Assembly: GCA_038496445.1 (NCBI GenBank)
Contig: JALMLS010000590.1
Location: 1-64,000 of the forward strand
Source: Trichosphaerium sp. ATCC 40318
Lineage: Eukaryota > Protista > Tubulinea
Reading direction: 5' to 3'
Length of the DNA: 64,000 bases
The position numbers and the translations under genes were made by a program. This document shows, piece by piece, positions 38,737 through 52,362 of this stretch (positions within the stretch are counted from its first letter, which is position 1; every line of letters starts with the position of its first letter). The notes beneath the pieces are model-generated. The model was given only the letters and a program-made list of their open reading frames with translations, was not told the origin of the DNA and ran no database searches.

Positions 38737-40797
38737 ATGCAGATTAGTCTTCTAAGTTCTGATAACGATGCGCATGTATGAGTAACAAGGCTGAGGAAGA
38801 GGAAGAAGACCGGGAATTGGTGTGTACATCTGAGGCTTGTCTGAAATTTATGTACTGATGGAAACATGTAGGTGATACTATATGGCCCACCATTCTCTGT
38901 GCGTATGCGGTTGTTTATTTCCATTTTGTAACGATAACAAGGGTAAAACACGTTATTGTCGCAATAAACTACCCGAGCATGCTGTCATAGTGTTAGATAG
39001 CCCTTCTATGGCGAATAAATCCCTCCACAAAGTTTGCAGAAAAATTTCTAAAACGTTACTATCCGGTACTGACGTTGTTGTAAACGACTGCAACGCGCTT
39101 CAACGCACAAGGTAACTAACGCGTGTAATGATACACTTGTAATACTATCGTAGAGCCTCGTACATTAAACACGTCAAAGAGCAGCTAGGCGAACGCGCTA
39201 TGATCAAATGCATAGTGCTACAACCGTTGGGTGGGATTGATCAATGCCGTTGGAGTTATCATCAAAAGCTTGTTCAAACTGCTTTGGACGAATCAGGCAC
39301 TAATTAATTAGCAAGGGTAGAACATTTTTTTGGGTTTGACAGATTTTCTGGTAGATGCTGCAACTTCAAAGAAAGCACCAATAATATCACCTGACACTTG
39401 GCGTGAGTGGGCAGCTATGCTCTTACCTGGTGAGTCTACAAATCAACCAAGCTTGGAAGAAGGCTACAGAGACTTACTCTACAAACCATCCAACTTGCAC
39501 ATCGATCGCCAACAGCTGCAATGCAAAGGCTTGTTTATACCAGTCGATGCCTTGTACGAACTAAAACGTGACCCATCTGACGAGAACGCTTACACAATGC
39601 ACGACAAATTCGAATCATGCGCCACAATCATAAAACACTGGTTGGATGCAGAGCAGGTAGGTACTGGAGCTATCTATAAATTCACTCCAACACATTGTGT
39701 AGGTGCGGAAGGTGTTTGTGCTCGTTGACGAACATGTTCTTTTCCCTGCTAACCTAGCGCTCAAAGCGGATGATCCAGACGCTCAAATAGCATCGTACTG
39801 TGTATTTGATTGGGTATTAGAAAGTTAACTGTGGTAGTATTTTGAAGTGTAGGTTCGTTATGTACCATGCTTTGAGGAGATTGGCCACAGATTTTGATTT
39901 GTTCTTTGTACTAAACCACTAGCGCTTTCTTGCTGTGTGTCAGACTGGCACAACCTAATTTTGCCTACAGGTTTCATGTGCTTATGGAAGTGCCGGCGTA
40001 GACGCCTTTTTCAGACCGCCTCAGGCTGGTATGATCGCGACGTTACAAGTACAACATCCATCCATACACCCAAAATCCGGTTTTAGTTACTCGTCGTGTA
40101 GATGGCTTTTGGCGTGGACTTGCGAACATCACTCTTTGTTTCAAACACGACCAAAGACAGCGGGGAAGCATTAGCAGAAAATTGCGGTATTCCACAGTGT
40201 CGCGCAAAAGATTTTTTTTCAGACTCTGGATGGACAATAGCAAGCACTTTGTACGGTTGTATATAAAATCCTTGCTACTTGCGCGGGCGCAGCTGACATT
40301 AACACGAGGCAAAAATATGTAGTTCAACCTCAGAAGATACCCAAGTATATTGAAGCGATTGAATTGAGTGATACTCCTTGGAAGAAAGACACGTAAGTTT
40401 TTTTTTTTTCGAAACCGTTACTTGTTTTTTTAAACGTTAAGAAAATGCTGTGTGCTACTTGTATTTTTTTTTTTGTGACTAATTAGGGGTTGTTGTAAGG
40501 TCTGAGATACTCATGGAGAGGGGAGAAACTATTGAAGGGTGTTTGGGTGTTTATAATCTCACCATACAATTTGGTCACTCGCTAGGGATGATATGCGTGT
40601 CATCGGATAGTAGTGGCGAAGAGGACGTGCAAGAGGACGAAGATCTATTTGATAAAGTGGAGCACGTTCCCAGCCCTCGCAAATTGCCGCGCTGGATGGC
40701 TACTGCTTCACAAGAAAACAGCAAGAGACCTCATGAAGACAATGAGTTGGAAACATCTAGGCCCAAAAAACGAGCAAAGCAAGAAAAAGACGATTAA
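38737..40797 (+). CDS. Divergent PNKP-like protein (P-loop kinase-like and HAD-like segments)
   Basis: GKTRYC...GTDVVVNDCNALQRTRASYI resembles the PNK kinase domain, and FFRPPQAGMI resembles the HAD RKPxxGM motif. Boundaries are uncertain. Confidence 0.45.
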
Positions 40798-40991
40798 ACT
40801 CGTGCACGTAAATTGTATTGTACAATACAAAACAGCAATTGTAATTTTACAGCTATTTTCGTCGGTTTTTTTCTTTTGTATCAAAGATTCTCAGATTTGT
40901 CACGTCCACCCTTTTTACGCAATGATAGCAAAGCGCAGGTTCGTGCAATACTTTGTTGCTATGTGATTCTAACCAAGTAAGGTGGCATTAA

Positions 40992-43900
40992 ATGGAAACT
41001 AGCTCAGCCACGTCCGAAAAAGGCTCTAGTCTCCCTGTGGAGCATATCCATCGCACAGAGGACCGCCCGAAGGCCATCACGCAACTCTCAACAGACCAAT
41101 CCGCTGCAGATGCTACAAACGTCAAACAAGTACGCCTTAGCGCGCAACATTACATTTTCGTGTTTACATAGCAATTTACGTGAGTTTTGGCTCCATTTGG
41201 TTTTTTTTTGTTTACAAAAAGGCGCTCTCATCAAAAGTAGACGCCCTTGAAAATACCAGCGCGGTGTGTTGCGTGTTGGATGGGTCTGATCGGCTGTATT
41301 AGTCCAACGTCCAGCCCTGTCAGCAGATCAGTGCCCGCCTGACATAACCCTCTCTGCAACATCCTTTGGTGTGGATTGTGCTTTGTACCCTAAAGTATTT
41401 TAGACCTCAAATGCTGCCCCAGCTGAACCAATGGTTAAAGACATTATAAACCACGACAACTGCACTGCTTGTGGCTTCTTGGGCGATTTATTGTGTTGCG
41501 ATGGTTGTCCCAAGGCTTTTCACTTTGAGTGCTTAAACCCGCCTATTGGCTCAACAGAACTACCTGGTAAATACCAACACCGAAACTTTCGTATTTTGCA
41601 TTAATTTTGTTGTGCACTCATAAAAATTATAGATGGCGATTGGTATTGTAACGAGTGCAAGGCTGCCGCCAATGTACGCTTTAAAACGCAAAGTTCGCCT
41701 ATTGATAAATCCGTTGTTATTCGCTCTTACGAAAAAAATGGCACCAAAACGCGCTTCGCCTCTTTGCACGGTGTAGCACCCTCATTTTATACTTTTTCAA
41801 AAAAAGCTGATAGTTGTTTTTTTTTTCGTAACAGGGCATAAACAAAGGAGAAAATAATTCTGCTCTACAACCGCTATTCGAGACTCTTTCCGCTTCAAAT
41901 CCAAAAGTATTCAACCTTCCTCCGGGTATAAAACGATCAGTTCAGAAAGGTGCAAAATAAGTTTGCTTTGAAGCCATGAAATTATTCGTTTTCAGTTTTT
42001 ATGTAAAGTCCTTTTTCTGCTCTTTTTTTTTTTTTGATTAACAACACAATTGACCAAGCCATAGTAAAGTCTCGTAAACGCAACTCACAACAATCAGAGT
42101 TGTACGACGTCTTGAAAAAACCTCACACAGCGCAGGAACGCTACGCACTCGATGAAGCAGAAACATTAAACAAACACACGGCAGTGGTACTCTGTGACTA
42201 TTGATTCATTGTTCTTACTTGGTTTTTTTTTGCAGTGGGCTGACCGCCAGCAACAAAATTCACATACACGACATAGCAAGTTCAATGTTCTACCCAATGG
42301 TGGCTCTGTAAAGGACTCGGTGTCCCTCAATTTTCCGCCATCAAAGCGCCAGCAGGTACACACCGTACACTACGCGTTCTAATAAACAGCAATTATTACT
42401 TGCGTCTTCTCACATCTCTGCGAAGCGTGCACCACGGCCCACTGCTGGTATGGACCCTAGTATCGCCGCTACAATAGCTCCTCAATCAGCGTTTCCGACT
42501 GGACGTCACCCTTGGCCCTGGGGCGTTTGGTCGAATCACATCAAACACCAACAACAGGAGATACAAGTGCCACAAACTGTAAATCAAGACGAGGTAGAAG
42601 AAGATGAAAAAGCATGTACTGAGCACGCTGCACAATTACAGTTCAAGTATCAGATAGAGTCACATCAGCGAAAACTACAGGAGGAACAACTGGACGACTA
42701 CTTGGCATTTAAATCAGGAACTAACAAGTACTTTAAACCATACATACACTATAACCACACATACACTCAAATTAAAATCGTTTTTGTTTTTCGTTGCGAC
42801 TACCCTAAAACTTACACTGCACAGCGCAAACATGATCGCAGATATGCAACAAAACCTTAATGCCTTGTTACTACAGGCAATGGTAAGTGCCTAACGTTTC
42901 CCTCGGATCAAAACTAACAGTGAACACTAGCCGCGTATTACGCCTCAAAATCCAGAAAGCGTAAGCATAACGGGCGATGTACATACACAAATTATGTCCC
43001 AAATGAGGTACAAATGAGTTTTTTGAATATTTTATTTGTGGCTCACATTGTGATTGCGCGTAGCCCGTTGTTTGTACAATTTTTAGCATGGCAACGCATG
43101 ATGCAACTGTCAGCACAACTTAATATAGCAACACAAGCACGTAAACCATCACATCAGTCAGTAAGGAGCGATACCTCGCTCCCACAACGAAAACGTACGC
43201 GAACCTTTTTTTTATTGTGCCTCCTTTTGGTTTGGTTTTCCAATGCGTGTAGGGTCGTATAACGATCAAGACACAACAAGAAGGCAGTCACGCCCGACAA
43301 AAAGACAGAGAACAATGGCAAACGCAGAGCAGACAGCCAACGCAAGCAACAGGTGCCGCAACATTATCTAGAAGTCTGTACTCTGATTAACGCCAATTGA
43401 AACAACAGATCTAGAGTATTGTTAAAAGTTAAGCAATCCGTTGAGAGCGATGCTGTGATGACTGATGAGCATATTGTAGATGTTGATAATGTACTTGCAC
43501 TTGCATTTAAACGGCATGGTACTAAACAAAGAGCTTTTAGGGGTCACATAACACCAGCTCACAACCAGAGCCAATGGATGTTGACAGTGTAGAAATAAAA
43601 CAAGAACTTGATGAGGGCACCAACCACAAGGGTTCAGAGGCTACAGATAATCACACAGATGAACGGTCAGAGCCTGCACCAACAAAGCAAGCTAGGACGC
43701 CAATAACATTAAAGATTGTTGGTTCAGGCGCCTCCGCCACCGTAGAAAATGGAATACAGTCCGAATCACGGATGGAGTACTTGCTTGAGCGTGGCATAGC
43801 TTCGTTGTCTTGCTTCCGCGATCAAAGTAAGCGCTTTTATACTATATTGTTTTTACATGCACTTGTTTGTTAACTGCTATTGTAGGCGAGGTAATGACCA

Positions 43901-44449
43901 GCGTATTCCCTGTTCTGATGAAAAAACACCATTTGATAGTTGGACGGAATGCTGAAGGCATTGACATTGATTTAAGCGCCGTGTCTTCGTCCAGGCTTGT
44001 CTCGCATAGGCACCTTGCAATTAGATACGAAGAAAATACAGACATGTTTGTAGTGACGAACATGGGTCGCAACGGCACCAAGGTAGAGAACCAATAATTA
44101 TTTCTTGTATTAAATGGCCTGCAACTAGGTGAAACCTTCGCTTGATGGCCAAGAACAGATACACCTGGGCATCGATGAATCGTTTGAACTAAGAGATAGC
44201 TCCATTTTAGATCTGGGCCTTCTTCAACTCAGATTCAATGTACGTGTGAATCCACTAGTTTTCTTCTTTCCTCGAAGGCTCTTGTTTAAACAAAGCGCAC
44301 GCTTTTCGTGTTTACAATTTACAGCTTTCTACAAAAACAGTACAGTATACATTGATTTGCGTACTTATTATTATTATTACAATAGATTATTAAGCAACCT
44401 GGAGAACCGTCTCCATTCGCGTGACGGCGTGTCTCACAGCCACACTTAA
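40992..44449 (+). CDS. PHD-finger and FHA domain chromatin protein (PHF12/Rco1-like architecture)
   Basis: [31 protein letters not shown]...WYCNEC (PHD) and IVGRN...[10 protein letters not shown]...[10 protein letters not shown] (FHA). A single-gene model is inferred. Confidence 0.75.
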
Positions 44450-44603
44450 CCAAATAACCGTGTAAATAAATGTAAGTGCGCTGGACTAAAACACTTAACC
44501 CCCCTATGCATACAAAACAACTCTACAACCCTTTTTTTTTCTTTTTTTTTCAAGGTTGAAGAGAACGACTAGCTACGATCTAAATCGGCTCAAAAACGGT
44601 GAA

Positions 44604-47600
44604 TTACGAGTTGGCATCAGTAATGGCTTTGATCCACTTGTCAAGTGTCGCTTTATCCCGTGTGGCGAAGACGAGACGTTCGTGGCCTATTTAAGTCAGA
44701 AAAAAGAACGTGCGGAAGTGCGCTGTACCTCGCGCTTGTAGCTGGAAGGCAAATCGTCTATCGCCAAGGTTCGTAATTTGCTGAGGTTTACATTGCGCCG
44801 TATTGAATGGTGTGCCATGCGGAATGTTCTGTTTTGGCGGTTAGTTCAGTTATTTGGTCGAGTACACAGAAGTCGAAAATACTGGAAAAGCGTACTGTTT
44901 TTTTGGTGGATTGATAATACAACTTAGTACCGCGTAACTCTACCCACCTGTCTACGCAAAGCATTAGTAACGACACTAGGAATAAAACACCCGAGCGGGA
45001 CAAAGGGATGTACCTTCCCATCCTATAGTGCCCAGGAATTCAACGCGCTCGGCTAGATTGGGCTTAACACTAGAACCCCTTCGTGCTAAAAATGTTAATC
45101 CGTAGCTTGGAAGCGGTGTTATGTGTACCTGAATCATGCAATACTTGTTTCGATTTTTTTCTTGACAACAACCGTTGAGGCGGTGGTGACTCTGCATCTA
45201 TCAACGAAGCTTAGTGCCATGCAAGGGCGGTATTACTTTTGTCTACGCACCATCACCAAAGTCTATACCGGCAAACTTTGCAGGCCGCATGCTGGCATCA
45301 ACGCTAAGGTTTTGAGATGACTGCGCACGTGAAAATGATCTTCCCGCCTAATTGCGTATTAGTTGGAAATACTCCACTTCTACTCTAGTTTGTAGCGTAC
45401 GCCAGGGGCGGATGGAGGCTGCCTAGTTGACTGAGATGAAGTAGGTGCGCCTACGCAGATGCATGAGTATGGTATTTGAACAATGGCTGATTGTAAAAGC
45501 GTACCAGGTCGCCTGCTTGTTGCTGGTGTTGAGTTCATCAAGCCTTCCCTCCCTTTTTTTCGGATCTTTGAATGATTGTTAATGAAAGCAGTTAGGACAT
45601 TGGGTACCTGTCCAAGGTGCACCGTGCTCCGGCGCTCTCTGGGACTACTAACAGCTGCCGGTGTTGGATCCCGACGTTTACTTGCGGTGCTGCTGCTACT
45701 ACCATTCATCATATTCAGCGAGAGCGGAGTATCTTCCGAGTATTTTTGTTGTTCTAGCACTGAGATTGTATTTTCCACCTTCGTCAGGCACGACCGCAAA
45801 GTGCTGGCCACACTCTTTAAGTGAGCAATAGACAGCACGCCTAGGTTAGTATCTGTCAGTGCTCAACATGTAAGCGTATTGACCAAACCTCCTGAAGGCA
45901 TGCCAAGAAGTGAGGCAAGCAGTAGAAGCTCTGAACCAGCTGCAACATCTGCTGCAATTTTTCTTCCCATTTTCTTCGGCTTGCGTTCGAAATCTGCCAG
46001 GTTAGGTGGCTGGTAGGCAGTGAAACTACGCTCTCTCGTGTGTCCACGCCTCCTCACCCTTGGGGATCTCTTTGGCTTTGGAGAAGGCTTTGGTTTGGCT
46101 GTACGTAGTAGAGATGTGAGTGAGACCAAATAAAACGCGTCATATTGTACCTAGCTCGTCACCCAGCTGGTCTTCATGGTCTGGAGATGGCGACCTGCTA
46201 CCGCCCTCCATATCCTCGACAACCATCATGAGTTCCTCTTCTCGTTCTCTATATCGATGGATAAGTTCTGTTTGTGCAGCAACGCGCATTTGTCGCTCTC
46301 TTTCGAGCATATCTTTCAATTCCTGCTCTTTTTTCTTTATTTCCATCTCGCGTTGTCTACGCTCCTCTTCTTGAAGTAGACGTCGTTCTCTGGCTTCATC
46401 CTCTCGTTTGCGTCTCTCTTCTTCTTGGCGTCGTACTTGAGCTGATCTAAGAACGTGTCACGTGGGTTCAACAGTTAATTTGTGGTGTGGTACCTCTCTC
46501 GCTCCTCCTTTTCCTTCTTTGCTTGCAAAAGGTTCTGGGTGGTTGTATATGACGTGTAACGGCGGAAGACTGTATATGGTAAACAATGAATAATGGCATG
46601 GAGATGACGTACATGATTGCATCAGCAGCACACTTGACGCCCTTTGCAACTTGGTATTGTAGGCAATGGACTGCCTGAAAAGCGTCTGAAGGAGAACAAT
46701 GTCCTCTTTCATTTTTGCCACCATGGCACGATCCTTACGACCCTTTTGAACAATAGTGTTAACAGCAGTAGTACACTTTTTAAATTGTTGGCGTACTTGG
46801 ATTGTGGCTTTGAATCTCCTCTGCAATGCCACAATAGCTTTGCGCTGTTGAGCGTATATCTTCTTTTGGCGGTAGCCCTTCCAGTATCTAACAATGACAC
46901 GTGATGCACGCAAGTACTTGACGCGACGTCTGGCCAAAAAACCTCTACAAGTACAATTTGTAAGCATGGGTTGTTGCGGTATTGTTGGATTGTCACTAAC
47001 CGAACCACTTTTTGAATCTTGGTGGCAGGGATGTTCAACTGTTGTGCTGTCTTCTCTACCAATTCGTTGTACTAGTAACTCAGTTAGGTAATGCAACTCA
47101 GAATGGTTGTGCTTGTGACATACTGTACTCTCTTTGAGGAACACTTTAGTCAGTCCCAGCTGGCATTGCTCCTTAACCAAATCTAACATGGCTTGTAAGT
47201 TCCCGACTACTAACCCTTTGAAGAGCTGTACCTAGTTTAACTATGATACTGTTAGCTATCGATCTGCCGCTTCCATGTTCCTTCATTGTTGGCAACAGAA
47301 TCTTGAACTGGTTCACAAAGTCTGTAATCGTTATGCGAATAGGATAACCCGCTTTCCTGCATTACTGTGTCAATACACGTATCCCTATATTGTAGCTTGG
47401 GATGAGGTACCGTATTTTGATGGTGTCCAAAACACCTGCACATCTCAGCTGTGACAGCACATTCGCGCCCTCAAACACTTGTGGTTGTTTCATTTGGTTT
47501 GGCTTTATACACCTGATCCAGTGCGGTGTGGTTGTCGTCACCATGTCCATCAACTTGTTGAGTTGTGTGCTAAAGTTAGTACCAACAGTGATGGGTTTAC

Positions 47601-50600
47601 CACGCTTAAGCTTTGGTTTCTCGACAAGTGTCTTTATAAAAGGATGCTGGGAAGACTTGCACAAGTCCACCAGTTCATCTTTTAACGTGTCCTTATTCTT
47701 TTCCAAGAAGCCGGTAGCATCGTAAGCCACCTTGTCGGCGTAGTGAGAAATAATGAATTTCTTTTTGTTCAGCCTGTCAGCTTGAAAATGAGGTTCCTTT
47801 CCTACAAATAAATCAAACACAAGCTATGTATAACCACGAAATGGAGCCTCACCATGATTGGCTACAATCTTGGTAGTGAATGTCTCATCTGTAGCGCGAG
47901 GGAAAGCGCTCTCCTCGTCCAGCAATGATAGAATACCGAGAGGCCCTTGTTGAGCTGTCAGTGTGGATCATGTTATTTTTGAGACGTACTCTTTTCTATA
48001 CAATCGATGACGGCCTGATTACTATCATTTCAGCGTCAGTACTACTCATATTGAGAAAGTTATTAGGCGTACTCGTCGAATGATACGCTGGAGTAGTCGA
48101 TCTCTTCAGTGATGGCATCGTTCAATTCCCTAAACAAACTTTGTTAGCTATTCGTGTCCTTAAGAAGAGGTGACTTACCAACTGAAAGTGTGTATGTTGT
48201 AGTGTTGTTGGAGTTTTTCATTACTGTAATTAATGCAAAATTGTTCTGTTGTCGAAATCAAGTCAGAAAAAAAAGTCATTAAGAAAAAAGTGTTGTGCCA
48301 AAGGAGTTTGTTTCAAAGTCTTCAAAGCCAACTATTATATAGGCATTAGTGGACAAAGTACACGCCAACTAGAGTCGAATACGTACATATATCGAGCAAA
48401 CCAATGAACAAGTGAGCGTCATCGTCACTCATTGTCTTGTTAATCCTTCCAACAAGCCAGTTGAACAGATTCCTAAAACAACATAAAAACGTCGCCATCT
48501 TGGTACCCACATCAAGCTCCATACCCGTAGAGTGCTAATATATACGTAAGTATTTAAGCACACTAAATCAATATGGCGTACCTTTAGCTAGCGCATCTCT
48601 GCAATCTACTGCCTTTCCAATATTGTCAGATGAATAATAACAAGTACTCTATTTGCTTACTTGTTCTAGCGTGTATGGTACTCTAAAGTACTCGCCTCTA
48701 ATGTAGTTTTTCCTGTACAACAAAGCATCCACGAGTTTGTCGTAGTCCACCTGAAGTAATTCGGCAACCCTATTGTTCACGTGTGGGAAAGCGGCGTGAA
48801 ATCTGAGGCGACAATTTTGAATACGTACCATTCAGCCTGTTGAGGGTAACCTACACTGAACGTTATGCTTCCAAAATGAGCAACTCTATCAAAATGACGT
48901 ACGAAGCTCTGCTACATCGTCCTTGGTAGAAAAGCCTATGTTACCAATGTGCAACACACTCGCTAAAATTCTGAATATTGTGTCCCTAACAACCCAAGTC
49001 AGAGATACTCACAGTACAATTACGTACTGTTCCTCTTTGCTAATTTGCACAGTCTCAAAAGCGCGAAGTACAGCCTCGAACTCGTGCAAGAGAGTCAGCA
49101 AAATATTAAAAAATAAGTAGTCGTATCTCTTTGTCATCCACGCCTTTAATAGCCACTTCACTGGAATTAAGATATTGAAAGTCTGCAGGTACAGATAGCT
49201 TATACTTTTCCCTCAATTCATCGTTGGCTCCACTTAGAAACTACAAGGAACAAATGTGAGCGGACAGACCAACTTGCGCTTGACTTCAAATTAGTTTGTT
49301 TTTACCTGATAAAATATGTGATATGATCGCTCCCTCTTTGCACGCTGAACTAGCCTACTCTATATATTATAAGTAAACCATTCATATCAATGTGCATACC
49401 TTTTCTAGGAGGTAATTTTGCATGCCACATCCTGTAAGCTGACCAGCCTTGTTGAATTGCAGCTGGAGAAATTTACCAAAACTAAAGCATGTCAACACTA
49501 GTGCACTATACATTGTCGAGACCGCACCGAGATGAATTATCATTCCTCGTTGTACGAGCGTTACCAAAAGCTTCTAGGATAGGGTTTGTCTCTTGTATCT
49601 TCTTGTCGATGTTTCCAGACTCCAAAGCCTTTCCTATCGTACGTCATGAGCAAAATCATTCAGCACTTCTATTGCGCACCGCCAATCAAAGAGAGGTATC
49701 TCATAACAAACTTTGCTGTTTCTGTCTTGCCTGCAATTTAATGAACAACAGACAGCTCCATATATCCACCAAACGTACCTGCTCCGGATTCGCCAGAAAT
49801 AAGAATACTCTACAGCAACTGTCAGTGTGTAAAACGTCACCATTAAAAAATGGTGAGAACCTGCGATTTTTGATTGACCAACATCATTCTGTATGCGCCG
49901 TCTGCTAGTGCAAACACGTGTGGCTTGACTTCATTCCTTTTTTTACCCTAAGCAAGAACCGTTAGCACTGGGCGCTTTTTAGGAGCCAGATGGATACCTT
50001 GTACGAGTTCATGACTTCTCGGCTGTAAATAGGCAGTCTCTCAAATGGGCTAGTTGCGAGGTTAGTGCAAACATAAAGCCCAATTAAAACTCACTTGACG
50101 GCCACAACTAGTCTACCAGCGAATGTCTAGGATATTATGGATGAGTCGGGGAAGTTTGCCGAAAAATACGTACATAAATCTCATTTTTTTCAAACCTTTT
50201 GCGAATGTTGTATAAAATGCTTGTGGTTTAACTTAGCAATAACCGTTTTAATGAAATACAAACCTGGACTCATGCAATTCAGGTAACTACAGAAAAATGT
50301 CATTTAATTGTGTGAGCGCTCTTAGAGGGTTTACCTGTAACATATCATCCACTTCTTGTAGCACTGACTCGCTTACTAAAACAATATTAAACACGAAAAA
50401 GTATGTGTGCTTGTACCTATGCGATGGACCTGATCTTGCCTCATACTGTACTCCTCATCGCCCCTAAAATATTGTTGGAGTCGACCGCCATATGTCGCTT
50501 ACCATAGCACCATAAAGTTCCTAAATAATTGGTTAAAAAGGTAATGTTAGAAAATTCTTACTTTGTCCCAATTGCAGAGATCTTTCCTACCAGGTACAGT

Positions 50601-50845
50601 TTAGTGTCGCACGTGCACAGTAAAATATTTTTAAAAGAGATTTCGTCCGGAAATGGGGTCTAATGCATCAAAGCAGGGACAGTAGCCCACATTGAGACGT
50701 ATGTTGGCGCGTTTCGCCGATTATCATACCTTCTATCCATCCTTCCTTAGGATGGCAAAAGAACACTGCGGTGCCCACCTACGGGAGTTTACGGAGCGCG
50801 TCTATAACATTGACGTACCATCAGTCCTTTCTGCACGTCACCCAT
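44604..50845 (-). CDS. Unconventional myosin heavy chain (motor, IQ, charged helix, C-terminal PH-like domain)
   Basis: [60 protein letters not shown]-like RGFLARR, an E/R-rich helix, and [12 protein letters not shown]...LDKWIKAI*. Confidence 0.93.
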
Positions 50846-51213
50846 CGTTATAGTTACTATTCTTGTAGACGGGTTGCTATGTACGTCTTTGGGTGAGTTA
50901 AGTACTATTAATACTATTTTACTGCGCCTCGCCACTTATAAGCCTCTTTTAGTGCACAGAAAAAACACCGCAAGTACTTTAAAACACTCTTAAATTATCA
51001 CGTGTCGCTAAGGGAGATTACCGGACTTGGATTGTAGACACTATAATTTCTTTTGGAGACAACCAAACTAGTCAAAGCTGTGATGAATTCAACGCCTTTC
51101 ATGGTACCGGGAGAACTTAAAACAATGTTTGAGGGTTTGAGTATAGTGCTGGAAGCAAACAAAGGACGTTCTGACAAAAATAAAGATATATATTTGTCTC
51201 AGGTATTATAGTT

Positions 51214-52201
51214 CTACTCTTTCTTGGCTTTCTTCTCCCTCTTGGACTTGTCTCCGTATATCAAAATCTGTACAATAATGGTACCATTCATAAAGACGCT
51301 CACAAGGTAGTTTGTCAAAACTAATAACATTGTTAAAAAAAACACCCAAAAGGTTGAATTTTAACGCACTCATTGGGTCACCAACTTCAGAGAGAGTTGT
51401 GAAGATGCGTGCCAAATTACCACCAAAGTTCATAACAAATGACATGAGTGCCAATTGTCCTGCGTCACCAGTCTTAACAGTTGTTAGTAAACATGTATTG
51501 GAATGTGGATGGGTTTTTTCAATCGTACCCTGAATGTTTGAATGATTTGTGGGATTTTAGAGACAGTAAAGACAACAATGGAGGACGCTTGACACAATCG
51601 GCGCACGTCAACTGTTGCGTGTGCAATCAAGAAGTAGTTCAATCCAACCACAGCCGCTATAGTAGCGAGAAAGTTGAGCGGTAAACCACCTTTACAGTTG
51701 GTATAGATGAGATACAGGATCACGATATCTACAAAACTGCGTCAATAAGACATGATGTGACTGGATAAAAAAGTGTACTGACCTTGTACTAGGATAACGA
51801 TGGCCTCGCCATAAGTAGAAAATGGCATGTCCAACATGAATGGATAACAAAAGTTAAACGTAAATCTGTTCGAAAGCGTCAGTGGTATTGAAGCGAGGAT
51901 GACGTGGCACTCAAAACCTTACCCAACACACTCCAACAGGTACATTTGCAAGGATATGCCGTTACTGTTACCGGCAGCGATAATTTTTTGTATTTGAGGT
52001 ACTTTCACCATAAAGGCGCCCATAATCACAGCAAACCCAAGTAATTTTGATATTAGTAGCTGAAGGCATGCAGTATCTAATTTATTGTAAGAAAAGCGTT
52101 TAATTTGTATTTTAGTAACTGAGGAAGTCCTGCTTTTCAAAAAAGGTTGCATGACAATCATTAGTGAGAAAGCCGTAATCTACAAGCAGTTGCGTGTCCA
52201 T
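51214..52201 (-). CDS. MPDU1: Mannose-P-dolichol utilization defect 1 (PQ-loop protein)
   Basis: LLISKLLGFAVIMGAFMVKVPQIQKI, PFSTYGE, SKIPQI and GGNLARIFTT. Confidence 0.9.
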
Positions 52202-52362
52202 TGATGCGTTTTTATCACTGTGCTTAAAAGCTCTTAAGGTAGAACCGTGTTTTTTTCAGTGAATACCAAAGAAAGCAATGTTGTGGCGTTAGTATTGAAC
52301 GTACGGGCCAAATGACTACCTGCTAAGACTATGGCATTCAACTGTAAGCTATTGGGGGTACA

